Shown here in pieces: positions 57,130-58,466 of a DNA stretch of 58,466 nucleotides. Source of the DNA: an uncultured Clostridia bacterium (GTDB lineage Bacteria > Bacillota > Clostridia > TANB77 > CAG-508); the NCBI GenBank assembly GCA_947631385.1, contig CANRLE010000002.1:1-58466 (forward strand), written 5' to 3'. How positions within the stretch are numbered: position 1 is the first letter of the stretch; each line of letters opens with the position of its first letter. The notes beneath the pieces are model-generated. The model was given only the letters and a program-made list of their open reading frames with translations. It was not told the DNA's origin and searched no databases. The translations under genes were made by a program, and so were the position numbers.

Positions 57130-57660
57130 ATGGAGAAATTTTTAAAAAAATCAAGTTGGACAGACATTATCATATCATTTTTATTTGTATTATTTGGAAT
57201 AATGTTAATAGCAAGACCAGGATCTATAATGTCAATTATTTCTATTTTATTAGGAGCAATATGTATTATAATTGGAATATTAAAAGGAGTTGACTATTTT
57301 GCATCTGGTAAAACAGACAATTATTTATTAGCAGTTAGTATTGTAGCTATAATAGCAGGAATTATAATTATGTTCTGTGCAAACATTATACTTTCTGTTT
57401 TTCGAATATTAATTGCAATTTGGATTATTTATAGTGGAATAATAAATTTACAAACTGCACTAATATGGAAAGATTATAAATCAAAATTATGGTTAACAAC
57501 ATTATTATTAGCAATTGCAATGATATTAGCAGGAGTATATGTTTTAGTTAACAATGGAGCTATGTTGCAAATTGTAGGAGGAATTATAGTTGCTTATGGT
57601 GTTGTTGATATTTTAGAAAGATTAATTTTTATTAAGAAAATCGAAAATTATCTAGATTAA
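57130..57660 (+). CDS. DUF308 (HdeD-like) membrane protein
   Basis: Six TM segments with the repeated pattern GIMLIARPG...ILLGAICIIIGILKGV. Family call from pattern only. Confidence 0.55.
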   Translation: MEKFLKKSSWTDIIISFLFVLFGIMLIARPGSIMSIISILLGAICIIIGILKGVDYFASGKTDNYLLAVSIVAIIAGIIIMFCANIILSVFRILIAIWIIYSGIINLQTALIWKDYKSKLWLTTLLLAIAMILAGVYVLVNNGAMLQIVGGIIVAYGVVDILERLIFIKKIENYLD

Positions 57661-57673
57661 AATATATTGTTAA

Positions 57674-57702
57674 AAAGGCTTATGAAAAATAAGTCTTTTT
57701 TT
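57674..57702 (+). terminator. Rho-independent terminator
   Basis: Stem aaaggcttat / ataagtcttt with loop gaaaa, followed by a T-run. Confidence 0.65.
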
Positions 57703-57754
57703 GTGTCAATTTATACTAAAAGCTCATATTATGTTAGTAAAAGGAGGAAATAAA

Positions 57755-58111
57755 ATGTTTAGAAGAAAATGTTATTGTATGAACAATAGTTATAATGACG
57801 ATTCATGTGAATTACAAAATGACATTATGGAGAATCAATGTAAAAATGTAGCTTCTTATGAAAACTATACAGATAGTTGTGACTGTGGATTTGATGAAGA
57901 ATATGATGTATTTCCAGAAAATCCAATGTTAGCACAAAGTTATGTTCCTTATCAATATATGGATAAGACTTTTAAACCATCTGTAGGCTTAAAGATGGGT
58001 ACTATTTTTCCAGAATTAGTTAGTCCTTATGTACCATGTCAATCTATGGAAGAAATGCAGTATCTTAAAAATACAAATGAGATAGGAAAGGGGTGTAATA
58101 AATGTCGTTAG
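57755..58111 (+). CDS. cotJA: Spore coat-associated protein CotJA
   Basis: AAGGAGG RBS before ATG 57755. LAQSYVPYQYMDKTFKPSVGLKMGTIFPEL is the CotJA signature. Confidence 0.8.
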   Translation: MFRRKCYCMNNSYNDDSCELQNDIMENQCKNVASYENYTDSCDCGFDEEYDVFPENPMLAQSYVPYQYMDKTFKPSVGLKMGTIFPELVSPYVPCQSMEEMQYLKNTNEIGKGCNKCR

Positions 58112-58464
58112 AAGAAAATAGAAATTGTGGTTGTGGATGTGACAATAACTCAGATGAATTAGATATGACTTCAAATAATAATGGATGTGGTTGTGAAGTA
58201 GAAAGAACTGTTGATTGCGAACAAAGAAGAGAAATGATGAACCAAATTCGTTCTTATGAATTCGGTATTATCGAATTAGGATTATATTTAGATACTCATC
58301 CAGAAGATCAAAGGGCACTTTGTTTACACAGAAAGTATTGTAAAGAAGTGAAAGAACTAAAAGATAAATACCAAAAAGTATATGGACCTCTTACCATTAA
58401 TTACCCTTGCAATAAGTGGAGATGGTTGGAAGAACCATGGCCTTGGGAAAGGGGGAATTATTAA
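58102..58464 (+). CDS. cotJB: Spore coat protein CotJB
   Basis: MMNQIRSYEFGIIELGLYLDTHPEDQRALCLHRKY...YGPLTI. The stop overlaps an ATG at 58464-58466, presumably the cotJC start cut off by the window edge. Confidence 0.8.
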   Translation: MSLEENRNCGCGCDNNSDELDMTSNNNGCGCEVERTVDCEQRREMMNQIRSYEFGIIELGLYLDTHPEDQRALCLHRKYCKEVKELKDKYQKVYGPLTINYPCNKWRWLEEPWPWERGNY

Positions 58465-58466
58465 TG

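Overview
This is a 58.5-kb window from a very AT-rich, spore-forming Firmicute chromosome that looks Clostridia-like. The cotJA/cotJB genes, PolC-type polymerase, IreB-RuvX-DUF1292 block, Mini-III RNase and L32 gene support that placement. All credible genes but one lie on the + strand, and many have overlapping or abutting start and stop codons.

Positions ~1-41,000 form one large composite cell-surface glycan locus:
- A 5'-truncated flippase, then a GT2 glycosyltransferase and UDP-galactopyranose mutase (Glf).
- An orphan heptad-repeat coiled-coil gene.
- LCP and VanZ genes, a CapD-type dehydratase and an initiating sugar-phosphate transferase.
- An HpcH-like aldolase next to an Ldh_2 oxidoreductase, followed by an O-acyltransferase that carries a G8 tract.
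- Several GT4/GT2 glycosyltransferases and a second Glf.
- Three frameshifted genes: a beta-helix protein, a pyruvyl transferase and an EpsG/Wzy-like polymerase.
- A TagF-like phosphotransferase and an intact flippase.

Three unusual modules follow within the same locus:
- (i) A LicC/MobA-like nucleotidyltransferase fused to a ParB/Srx domain, next to a DUF711 protein.
- (ii) A self-promoted FkbH-carrier protein-MaoC-SDR-MBOAT-DltD-like operon. I read it as a Dlt-like acylation system with a non-alanine donor.
- (iii) A non-cellulosomal cohesin/dockerin surface-display island: an LRR-dockerin protein, two cohesin proteins, a small surface protein and a sortase.

The locus ends with a CpsC/CpsD/CpsB-type tyrosine-kinase regulatory trio and glmM.

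Positions ~41,000-58,466 are mostly housekeeping. They hold a DUF1016 nuclease, a PolC with a tandemly duplicated OB domain, a G5-SH3b-GH73 peptidoglycan hydrolase, and a receiver-like/AT-hook/degenerate ParA-like protein next to a degenerate GAF-GGDEF protein. These are followed by IreB, RuvX, DUF1292, an MGMT-family protein, RbgA, Mini-III, L32, a DUF308 protein and CotJA/CotJB.

I found no rRNA, tRNA, CRISPR array or recognisable transposase. All product calls rest on motif and family recognition by eye. No database search was run.
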